DNA of 64,000 bases from Carcharhinus amblyrhynchos. Taxonomy: Eukaryota. The notes below the pieces were generated by a model. The model did no database searches. It saw only the letters and a list, made by a program, of their open reading frames with translations, and was not told where the DNA came from. The translations under genes and the position numbers were made by a program. The stretch is taken from NCBI GenBank assembly GCA_965287045.1, contig OZ336885.1, positions 61,442,001 to 61,506,000 of the forward strand. Direction: 5' to 3'. Numbering within the stretch: position 1 is the stretch's first letter; the number at the start of each line of letters is the position of its first letter. This document shows positions 41,150-52,259 of the stretch, piece after piece.

Positions 41150-41390
41150 ATTTATTTGTGTCACAATAGGCTTACATCAACACTGCAATGAAGTTACTGT
41201 AAAAAAAAATCCATTCCCCACTCTCTGTCGCCTGTTCTTATACACTGAGCAATAATTTAGCATGACAAACTCACCTAGCTAACACATCTTTGGGACTGAG
41301 GAAACCGGAGCACACAGAGGAAACACACGCAGACATGGGGAGAATGTGCAGAATTCGCGGATTGGCACCCATATCGAACATTCAACCTGT
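41150..41390 (-). mobile_element. tRNA-derived SINE fragment
   Basis: aggcttacatcaacactgcaatgaagttactg..ggaaaccggagcacacagaggaaacacacgcagac. Confidence 0.8.
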
Positions 41391-41806
41391 GCATCCATCT
41401 ATATTTGTGCCTATATCTATGGGAATCCCACAATAACTTCGTAAAGTGTTAATGTAAGCTTTACTTGTGACTAATAAATACACGTTATATATATAGTATA
41501 ATGTCATATCACATATAATATGATATATCATCAAACCAATTATGTTCCAAACTCCAAATTTCTTGAGAATCCAGTAAACAATTTTGGCTCTAATTATTGA
41601 CCACAAAATTGGATCTGAAAATTGCTTTCTACTTTCATAAGTAAGAATCCCTGCAGGGCAGAATAGGGCCAATCGACCCATCGAAATTACACCGGCCATC
41701 CCACGATCAAAGGCATGCATCATTCCTAATCCACATAGCCTACACATTAAAGGTATCTTACAATGGCAAATCCAATTTTTCTGCACATACTTGGGAACCC
41801 TGCGTT

Positions 41807-43215
41807 ACATAAGAACATAAGAAATAGGAGCAGGAGTAGGCCATCTAGCCCTTCGAGCCTGCCCCGCCATTCAATAAGATCATGGCTGATCTGTCGTGGC
41901 TCAGTTCCACATTCCCGGCCTCTCCCCATAACCCTTAATCCCCTCCCTTATCAAAAACCCATCAACCCGCGTCTTAAAAATATTTAGCGAGGTAGCCTCC
42001 ACCACTTCAAGGGGCAGAGAATTCCAGAGATTCACCACCCTTTGAGTGAAGAAGTTCCTCCTCAACTCCGTTCTAAACCGCCCCCCCCTTTATCTTGAGG
42101 CTGTGACCCCTAGTCCTATTGTCCTTTCTGAGCGGGAAGAGTCTCTCCACCTCTATCCTATCCATCCCATTCATCATCTTATACGTCTCAATGAGATCTC
42201 CCCTCATTCTTCTGAACTCTAACGAGTAGAAACCTAGTTTATTCAGCCTCTCCTCATAGCTCAACCCCCTCAACTCCGGCATCAGCCTAGTAAACCTCCT
42301 CTGCACTCCCTCCAAGGCCAAAATATCCTTGCGTAAGTACGGCGCCCCAAACTGCACACAGCTGCGGCCTCACCAACGCTCTATACAGCCGCAGCAAGAC
42401 CTCCCTACTTCCATATTCAATCCCCCTCGCTATGAAGGCCAGCATCCTATTCGCCTTCCTGATCACCTGCTGCACCTGCAGGCTGGGTTTTTGCGACTCA
42501 TGCACAAGGACCCCAAGGTCCCTCTGCACCGTCGCCTGCTGCAGTTTTTCGCCACGTAAGTGATAACCCTTCCTACCATTATTCCTACCAAAGTGGACCA
42601 CATCGCACTTGCCAACATTAAATTCCATTTGCCATTTCCTGGCCCATTCGCCCAGCCTATCTAGATCCTTCTGTAGACTCTCCACACGCTCCGCACAATT
42701 TGCCTTTCCTCCAATCTTGGTGTCATCAGCAAATTTCGACACCATACACTCGGTTCCCTCCTCCAGATCATCTATATAAATGGTAAATAGCTGAGGCCCC
42801 AGCACCGACCCCTGAGGCACTCCACTAGTCACCATCCGCCAATCCGAATAGCACCCATTGACCGCCCCCCCCGCCTCCTATTTGACAACCAATCCTCTAT
42901 CCACGCTAACACCCTACCCCCAACTCCCTGCCCCCTGATCTTCTGCAATAACCTCCTGTGAGGCACCTTGTCAAACGCCTTCTGAAAATCCAGAAAGACC
43001 ACATCCACCGGCTCTCCTCTATCCACCGCCCTAGACACATCCTCATCGAACTCCAGTAAATTTGTCAGACACGACTTCCCTTTAACGAAACCGTGCTGCG
43101 TCTGCTGTATCAAGCAATTCCTCTCAAGATGCCTCGCTATTTCCTCCTTGATGACGGATTCTAACAGTTTACCTACAACAGACGTTAAACTAACCGGCCT
43201 ATAATTCCCTGCCTT
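41807..43215 (-). mobile_element. Young 5'-truncated CR1 LINE inserted into an ART module
   Basis: [55 protein letters not shown]; frameshifts; (CATAAGAA)n tail at 41807. Confidence 0.97.
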
Positions 43216-45134
43216 TTGCCCCACACGGACAGTAAACCAAGGCCGGAATTTTACTCGGATACGTGGAACTGTGAGGCAGCAGCAGTAAACATTGTGCCTC
43301 AGTGCAATTTTAAGCATGAAAAACTGCGCATATTTATCAGCTTCTGCCCTAGAGTCAAGCTTCTCAGATGTAATCCCCAGCTTCATCCAAACCTTCACCA
43401 CAACCGAGCAGTTGCTCTCTTCAAGTCCTCGTCGTGTAACCCAATTTGATTTCATTTACTCCATCTTTCACCGAATAACGTCTAAACGTACTTTGAAATT
43501 TACATTTTCTTAAGGGCATGTTTTCTCCCTGAGGGCTACATAGTTCTCAACATTTGAATCGTTCACATTTAAGCAACGCATGAACGCAATGCCAACGCAC
43601 AATTTGGGGTGATGTGCAAAGCAAATTTAGAAAGCCGTTTTCACTGAGGTAGTATTAAGCCCTGGCGGCTAAACAACGCATCATTACAGCATAAATTGTG
43701 CGCATATGTTTCACTTAAATTCCATTTTTTTCTAGGCTATTTTGATTGTCGCAACTTCGGAAGCAGATTTAATTAACTGAGTGTTCGGTGTATCTTTTTA
43801 TCGTTACATCAATTTTCTGGATCCCAAATCTGCTCCTTCTGGGGTTTAAATGCGAGATTCAGGAATGGTACAAGGAACAAATAACTCCTGAATCTACAGA
43901 ACAATATCACGAATTGAGTAACCCTAACCGTATCCTTGCACAACTTCCGTCAACATTTTTCTCCAGCTGTTATGATGTTGTAACCTCACTTTTGGTTTTA
44001 TACCAAAAACTTAGTTCCTGAACGATAGCAATGCTGCCACGTCGTCAATTCCAACAACTCACCAGATGACTATGATGCAAATATTACTACTGATCGATTT
44101 TCAAGATATGCAGTGTATTGAAAGTTATGTTCAAAAATGATATTAAAACGCCTTCAACGTCGGCAACCATTGTTACTCTCTGTCTATATTTCTCCGTGAA
44201 ATGGCAGGCGCTGTTTTGCTGATTTTAGCACATTTATCAAGTGACCGTTTGTCAGTTCCAATTGGTCAATTGCAGTCTTATATATAAATTCGTGGATATC
44301 TCCTATTGTCCACCTCAGCATGTTTACTGCCTCCTCAACCCTTCGTGTCATTATCCATAAGGATGACCAGCCCTGCGTACAATACGCGAAATCTGGTCAT
44401 GCCAAAAGTAGATACATGGATAGCGTTACTAACCATTTTCAATTTTGATCTTTCCCGCCCACCACTCTCTAACTCCGTCTGCAAGTAGATGCCTGCCTCG
44501 AATCAATTTCGCAATTAGCCTATTGTGCTCCAAATTTCCTGATTCTAAATATACAATATTACTGTTCACCAAAAACTCTAACGACATTAAATTATTCTTG
44601 CCGTATAAGATGACTGGCAATTGTTCAGTCAGTGGTTTAGATACTAGAAGTTGTGACACGCCTTATTTTGTTCATTCTTGGCAGTGTCTATCCAACTACA
44701 CATTTAAGCTTCAGCCAAAACTCCGCAGCTCAGAAGGAAAACAACGTCCACAGCAGATCACTTCGAATGTTGCATGGGTTGTTTTTTCTGAATGCTTTGA
44801 GGCGTTGTGAATTTACATTTTCCAAAGTTAGAAAAATCATATGCAATGACCACATGTGATTTGTTTCACGAAATATTAGCTGCCTTCTGCTGTAGCTTTG
44901 CGTTTTTTTTCTGCTCAAAAGCCGGAGACAACTGCATTTCAACAAACGCTCCAATCGTTGCATGTTATAAATTAAGAATAGAAATCAACGCTGCATGTTA
45001 ACGCGAATTATCAAATGTAATTTCTGTTGCACAAGTTCTTATTTTGATAAAGGCTATGCATATGTCCTAAAGTGTGCAATGCAATAACGTCAATAATATG
45101 TAGACGATAGTATGTAATTCCCAGAGGCTGCATG

Positions 45135-45635
45135 GGACACAGTGCAGTTTTGGTTCCTGGTCTAAGGAAACACTTTCTTTCAGGTTGCGGGAGCTCTGCG
45201 AATGTTCAATAGACAGATTCATGGAATGGGATAACAATCTTCTGAAGAGAGATTGCATCGACTGAGCTTGAACTCACTGGAATCATTGACATGTATTAAA
45301 TTCTGATGCGACTGGGCAGGCTAGATGCGGGGAGAATGGTACCGATGTTGGGGATTTACAGGGAGACAAGTCTGTGAATAAATGTAGGCCATTTAGAACT
45401 GGCAAGAGGAAGAAATTCGTCACTTAATGAGTTGCAACCATATGGAATTTTCTACTGCAGAACGCTGACGGGGCCTAGTCTTTAGATGTGTTCAAGAGGG
45501 AGATGAACGTGGCCCTTGTCGTTGAAGGGATCAAGGGGTGTGAAGATAAAGTGAATTACCAGCCAAGACCTTACTGAATGTTGTTAAAGGCTCCAAGAGC
45601 TGAATGGCCTATTTCTGCCCCTACTATCGATGATG
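45135..45635 (+). mobile_element. Degraded CR1 3' fragment
   Basis: gtgcagttttggttcct..tttagaactggcaagaggaagaaattc..gctgaatggcctatttctgcc. Confidence 0.75.
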
Positions 45636-47494
45636 CTGTCTTTAAAAGAAAACAATTATTGCGGAGGTTGATGCATTGGCTGCACTTCTCAGAGGATCCT
45701 GACTACCCTTATAATCTCTGGTGCAGTAAGCAAATCATGAATTAAGGTGAAATGTTCCATAATCGTTTTTTTGCATAGTATATGGTTAAGTGGAGAAAGG
45801 TGTGACGTGAAGCAAATCAAACGTCGAAAGGAGGATGACACAACGTTTAATTTGTCCAGCAGTTTTGAGACCTCACGAGCCTACAGAAAGGTTTTCTGAG
45901 CAGTTGATCTAGTGTCCACGCCACCATTTATTAAAAAAACAACATTCAGCGTAATCTGTCAGTGGGATAATGGTGACGCTATCAGCGAGTACTGTTTAAA
46001 TGAGGCATACGTAATCGATAACATGGAGCTATTGTGGCCTTGCCCGTGATAGTAATGCGGATTTTGTTGTCAGGCAGAAAACAAGATTTGCATGAATGCA
46101 GAAAGATGCATTCCCCGTGGTCGATCTATGTATAAGATAAATGTCCAAGTTAAGGAAATTCGGCCTGCTTGGCTGTCCATCCCATTGCAAGCTGAATTAG
46201 AAGAAAATGAACCTCAACTTAACAACATGTGGATCAATGTCTAAATATCCGAATAATCGCTGTCGGGTAAGTGCGTTGGATCGTTTCAATATTGGTGTGG
46301 GACGAAATAATTTCAACTGATGGTGATCGGTGGACTCATGAGATGTATGAGTGACACTGTCTTCACCTGAAACGAAATGTTCATGAATTATTTTGAGACA
46401 AACTCAAGGCGATAATTGGCACTTTAAAATAAACGTTTTGAACGAGGCTCCAAGTCAGTTAAGGGTGATAATCGCTTAAAGTAAAAAAAAAGTTCGTGTG
46501 ATATTCTGCAAAAAAAGGACAAAAAAACGTGCAAAGCTGTTGAAAGCGTAGGCCTGCAAAATTAAAATTGTTAAGAAGTCTCACAACACCAGGTTAAAGT
46601 CCAACCAATTTAAATCTGCTGTTGTGGGACTTCTTACTGTGTTTACCAGTAAGAAGTATCTCCACATCAGATTACAATTATGCGAGGGGTTTGAATTGAT
46701 CAAGCTTTTTATGTTTGTCTTCCTCAATTTTTGGGAATTCAAACGCGAAGCCAGAGATATACTCAAAACTGTACATTAAATGAAGAGAAAAACTTAAATC
46801 AACTAACAAGAGCGGCGACATAGATTTCGAAATATAATTAGAGGTAAGAGCTGACGAGTATCCATGCCATGACAGACATCTTAATTGTAATGGTTTAAGT
46901 TTGCTGAGGTACTAGATCCATGAATGTTACCGTTGATGGTGAAATGCAGAATTAGCAAATAAGGAATGCAACGCTTGTTTTTTGGTAGAGGGACAGGACA
47001 GAAAAACAGGCATTATAATGCAGTGTCATTGTCACTTGTCATCTGTAAATGTGGGGGACTGTTGCTGAAGACGTTAGAGCAACGTATTTGGAACACGTCA
47101 GTGCGAACAGTCATTGATAGTGTGTCTTGCAGAGCAAGTCGTCTTTGCATACTCTATTAGACTTCTTTGTATAAGTAAAATGTAAAGCCATGAATGTTCA
47201 ACGTCTTGATATGTAGGACTTGGATTTCCTAAATATACTTGTCATGGCACTATTCAATTTTTAATACAAATGAGACAATCCTGTGGTATTCGTGACAGCA
47301 AAAAGGAACGGTTTGAGGCTTAATTAGCTGACGATGCACGGAAAGTAGAAATAAACGCATAATTTTTCAGAATACAAGGTATATCAATTCGCTGTTCTAC
47401 AACGATATAAGCTTTCCATCAAATAAAGTGTCCAATCAATGGCGACAATGCGGATGAATGGATGGAGTGTCCGGCATCTGAATTTGCAGAGGAT

Positions 47495-47673
47495 TCCAAT
47501 GTACACAGGACATCTACTTACGAAAAGCTTAACGAGATTTTTTAAAAAATGTTTTGGATAGTTTAAATGAGCGGCATTTGATCAGGAAGTGTTAGCCGCT
47601 CATTTAAACTATCCAAAACATTTTTTTTTATCTCGTTAAGCTTTTCGTAAGTAGATGTCCTGTGTACATTGGA
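47495..47673. repeat. Long inverted repeat (~80-bp arms, 19-nt loop)
   Basis: 47495-47575 is the reverse complement of 47595-47673 except within a T/A homopolymer tract. Confidence 0.97.
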
Positions 47674-49780
47674 CATTGACTTTCGGAAAATCAAATTTGG
47701 TTAGCCGTGACCAAATTTGATTCTTCACATTATAAAAGACAGAGTTTTAAAAAAAGTGTAAACTACTGTAGTTTCTGAAATCTAGAAAAAATAACAGTAA
47801 ATTGCTGGAAAGTTTCTGCGGGTCTGTGGAGAGAGAGTAGAGGCAACGTTTGGACTTTCGATGACACTTCGTCAGAGCCTATGGAAATATTCCCCTAAGT
47901 AGCGGAGCAGCTTGGGTCAATGATTATTTCTGAGACAAGGTCGATATATTGTTTTGACTATAAACGGCATTCAAAGTCGAGATAGGATGTAGGTTCCGCG
48001 AAGTTGAGACGAATGCCAAATCCGCAAGCGTCTTCGTAAATGGCAGATAAAAAACAATATAGATGACCTCAACAGCTCATTCATATTGCCAATACATTGT
48101 TTATGAGTGAAACGTTTCAAAAAAAACATTCAGATAATCAGTGCGGCCGTCTTCGTAATGCCTTCTGAGGAGGAAGCAGAATCTGCTGATCAGTCTTTGC
48201 TTTGTGGTGTATCCATTGAATGTTATTTCCTTCATGCTCATGAATATTAAACTTCACAGGTGAAATTTCCTTGGTCATAGATCATTGTATGCATATTTTA
48301 AATATCAAAACATTTAAATGCCCACTATTTATTCTTCACAATCTGTGCCTCAGAACATGCAATCCACTCCGTGAGCATCTATATTGTTGTTTTTTAGAGA
48401 ACTCCAATAAAAGCGAGGTATACATGAATGGAAGTGCGTTGAATTGAGACTATTACAATTCCTAGTAGCACGGTACATTTTCTGACCTGTTCCTTCCAAC
48501 TTTTCTTTGGTGTCAGTGCGACCTGAAATTAAAAATAAATAACTGCAAATAGTTCCTTAATGCTCGGCATCATCTGCAGGTGGGGAAAATCCTTCAGCCC
48601 AGCGGGGTGGGGGGCATGTGGATCCGAATGAAAGACAAACATGCACTGTGAGCAGTTATTTTGTTTGAAGGCTACACTAATGGGAATGACATGCATTAAT
48701 CTGTGAACATGCTATATTTTGTCCATTACACAAAATTGGTTTCTCTTTGAGAAGTATTCAGACTGTAGATTGGTGTTGGACACAAGTATTAAATATAAAA
48801 CGGTTTGGTTCTAATGATAGCGTGCTGTCAACGTACACTTTCAAATATTGATTTGCATGCGATGAAGTCAATAAATCGACCAAATTCTATTAAAAATGTG
48901 GTGATGTGTCGCTTGGGTTGAGAGGGTGTGGGTATGATCGGCTGAATGTACCTTTGTCGTTGGTCTTTGCCGATACAAGCCACGCAACTCGAACAAGAAA
49001 TTATGTTCTCCAATAAAGTCTATAGTGCAAGATTTTCTTTTTAAACAAATGATCCAACATCAATCTTATCGTCGTCTGCAGCCACAAGTATGGTGCACAT
49101 TTACCGACCATTTACAGATTAAACGAACGGGAGATTGATTTTGGATGATAGCTTTGAGATGATATGGTTGCTCTACTTGCTCAAAATATGTTTAAAAATA
49201 AATTTGGAGTTATTTTCAGAATCATCAGCCGTCTGGGCAGCGGCGATTTTGACAAACTCTTCCATAGCTTGAGGGGTGGATACCACGGGGCATTAATTTA
49301 AGATTACCAGCAACAGGAAAATGAATGACAACATGACCAAAAAGTTATTTCAAGTTAGTATGTTAGATTCCTAAAATGTTCTTTATGTAGTTGGACGTAA
49401 CTTTTTATATGGTGACCTTCAAAACCAAATTGATAATAAAGTGGAGTGTACAAAATATACAATAACAGCCCAAACAGTCTTGAGATACAAAAACGTACAT
49501 TTCAGAGAGCTAGCATGCTTTGCTGCAATTTTAAATGGATTCCTTCTGTATAATAACAATTCAATGACACTATGTTTTCATGACTTTCACTGGCATCCCA
49601 ATCTTTGAGACTAAACTTCAACAAAATGGAGCTATCTTTTAGCAAACAAGTGGAACTGAACTGTTACACTGAAGCCACGACAAGAGCGCGTGCATTGGCA
49701 TTTCTGAATTTGGAAACTCTGCAACTGATCCCATCAAACTTCCCAACAGATACATCAAAGTTTCAGGATTGCTTTGAAAC

Positions 49781-50425
49781 AATAGAACATAGAACATTAC
49801 AGCGCAGAACAGGCCCTTCGGCCCACGATGTTGCGCCGACCAGTTAAAAAACAATGACTCTCTAACCTAAACCAATCCCTTTTCATCCATAAACCTATCC
49901 ACGGACCTCTTAAACGCCCCCAAACTAGGCGCATTTACAACTGCAGCAGGCAGGGCATTCCAATCCCTCACCACCCTCTGGGTAAAGAACCTACCCCTGA
50001 CATCCGTCCTATAACTACCCCCCCCCCCCCCCTTAATTTAAAGTTATGCCCCCTCGTGCTAGCTTTCTCCATCCGAGGAAAAAGGCTATCACTATCCACC
50101 CTATCTAAACCTCTAATCATCTTATATGTTTCAATAAGATCCCCTCCTAGCCGCCTTCTTTCTAGCGAAAACAACCCCAAATCCCTCAGTCTCTCCTCAT
50201 AGGACCTCCCCTCCATACCAGGCAACATCCTGGTAAACCTCCTCTGCACCCTCTCCAAAGCCTCCCCATCCTTCCTATAATGTTGGGACCAGAACTGCAC
50301 ACAATACTCCAAGTGCGGCCGCACCAGAGTTGTGTACAGTTGCAACATGACGCTGCGACTCCTAAATTCAACCCCCCTTACCAATAAACGCCAAGACACC
50401 GTATGCCTTCTTAACAACCTTATCT
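49781..50425 (-). mobile_element. CR1 LINE 3' fragment (second subfamily)
   Basis: RPHLEYCVQFWS..LERVQRRFTRMLPG; (CATAGAA)n tail. Confidence 0.95.
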
Positions 50426-50859
50426 ATATGCAAATATTAACAACCTTAACAATCTTCTCTTCTATGTATGCCTCAAATGGCAGCAACAGGCCCGAGCCTG
50501 GAAGTCGTCTATAAAGGAAAATCTTCCAAACTGACGTGTAATTTACCAGTTTGTTTTATTGCCAGAAGTTTCCAAGCTTCTCAACTCAAATACTTACAAG
50601 CATAACGCGAACAATTAAATGGGATTTTTTTTTCTGTTTTACCCGTAAAGAAATCATTGCATTGACTTGCAATGACGTTGGTATTCCTTCACTCTGTGTC
50701 GGTAAAGCAAAGAAAGCTTCGCCCTTATGGTGACATATTTCAAACTGCATCAGAAAGTTTGCTACATTTCTGGGAAGAGCTACCTCGTCACGTCTCAACT
50801 GACGTTATGAATGTATTAAAATGCAGATTCCATCTTTTTTTGAAATAAAAAAAACTATT

Positions 50860-51150
50860 ATGTTATTAATGTCTCAAGTAGGCTAACATTAACACTGCAA
50901 TTAAGTTACTTTGAAAATCAACTAGTCACCTCACTTGGGCGTCTGTTCGGGTACACTGAGGGATAATTTAACATGACCAATGCACCGAAGCAACATTTCG
51001 TTCGGACTGTGTAGGAGGAAACTGAGATTTTAGAAGACACACATGGAGACACGGGGAGAACGTACAAATTCTGCATATACAGTGACCCAAGTTGAATATC
51101 AAACCCAAGTCACTTGCGCTTTGAGGCTTATTTGCTAAACATTGGGACAC
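50860..51150 (-). mobile_element. tRNA-derived SINE
   Basis: Same family as 41150-41390 (aggctaacattaacactgcaat..gacacggggagaacgtacaaa). Confidence 0.8.
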
Positions 51151-51689
51151 TGTATTGACAAATTATTGGAAGATAATGTGAAGAAATTTGCGTTGGGTTC
51201 ACTGATTTTCGCAAAAAAAACGATCATTGAAATCTGAATGCATTGTTCAATTAAAAAAGTTGAAAAAGGGCCAATCAAATGTCGATCTCCATGTATGTCG
51301 AATGAGCTAAACACAAATTGCAGCATACGATGAATGCATATATATGATACATGATATAGAGGAATCCCTGGGAAAATTGAAACGGTTAGTTTTGCTGAAA
51401 ATAACTACAAATAGGAAACTCAACCCTTGGAAGTCCAATAAAATTTTGTGAGTTGTAAAATATCGCAGAGTATAGAAAGTATGCTGCAATTTCACGAACT
51501 GAAAAAGAAAACGAGCTGTATTATCTGACTGATGAAATAAATGAGGACGTATGTTGTCTGTACGTTGATTTACAGTGGAAGAAATCACAGTTCAGGCAAC
51601 GCATAAGCCAGACAACGCTGAATAGAATCGAATTGTTCTATCTAATACTTCCAATCATTCGGATGAAATGAGCGTCGTTGCCTTGCCAG

Positions 51690-52040
51690 CATATGTTGCT
51701 CACAAAGAGGTATACTTGAAACCGAATGGCTTTCTCGGACATTTCTGCGAGCAGTTGAGATTTAAGCACATTGTCATTGCCATTGTAAGAAGGGCAAATT
51801 TCATTCCATAATGGCCGTTAGTGAACCAGATGTTATTCACTTTCCCCATCCTCCATGTCCCCTGTCCCCATAGTTCATAATTGTTTCATAGCATGAATAG
51901 AATATTAATTTCAGCTATTTTATTGAATTCAAGTTCCACCAGCTGCAGTGATGGGATTCGAATCCGGGTCCCCAGAAAATTAGTTCAGTTTATAGATCAA
52001 TGATCAAGAGTTGATACCTTTTGACCAGCACCTCCCCCCT
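51690..52040 (-). mobile_element. Degraded SINE-like element
   Basis: gggattcgaatccgggtcccc tRNA-like box; ggccgttagtgaaccagatg body. Confidence 0.5.
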
Positions 52041-52259
52041 TTTAAGGTTTAAAACGAAATAAGTGATCAAAATACAGCCAATTTTAAGAACGAAATTAAT
52101 GTGAGTTCCCGCCGTGTAACAGTTCTCTTTTTTTAATATTCACATTCACCATTTTTCTCATGTTGATTTTAACTGCTATTGCCAGTGTCCACCTAAGAAG
52201 GAAATAATATGAACCTAAAACGCATTCTTTCAAGTTGCAGGATTGAATAGGAAATTGCC

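Larger units (their letters stand above)
36282..44900 (-). pseudogene. Decayed multi-ART gene, unit 7 (modules ~44600-44900, 43600-44200, 41650-43520 split by CR1, 40150-40700, 38650-39220, 38100-38500; mini-exon 37149-37184; last exon 36282-36466)
   Basis: KPKVR..ICSLY..RSRFG; FFMLKIALRH..CLTVPRIRVKFRPWFTVRVGQ; CHVYSNCSLRF; KSCPTHIEQKVRSFID*LENDKDIWLGW..TLTANFNRQRRRQCTS..KMLHHFKDAKQL..TLLVG..TLF. 36-nt exon with an AG/GCAAG donor; Thr/Pro-rich then hydrophobic last exon. Confidence 0.75.
45750..51640 (+). pseudogene. Decayed multi-ART gene, unit 8 (modules ~45750-46350, 46450-47160, 48100-48580, 48760-49400, 49580-50800 split by CR1, 51150-51640)
   Basis: LNEA..MRILLSGRKQDLHECRKM..LRKFGLL..LTTCGSMSKYP; FWEFKREAR..QLTRA..FFGRGT; RLRNAF*GG..VFALWCIH*ML; LVLDTS; QDCFET; YRGIPGKIETVSFAE..NIAEYRKY. 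Confidence 0.6.

Noticed and set aside
43788-44021. Plus-strand ORF resembling a type I interferon N-terminus
   Set aside because: The paralogous copy at ~25330-25410 has stops in this frame, and the minus strand fits the ART motif order in both copies.
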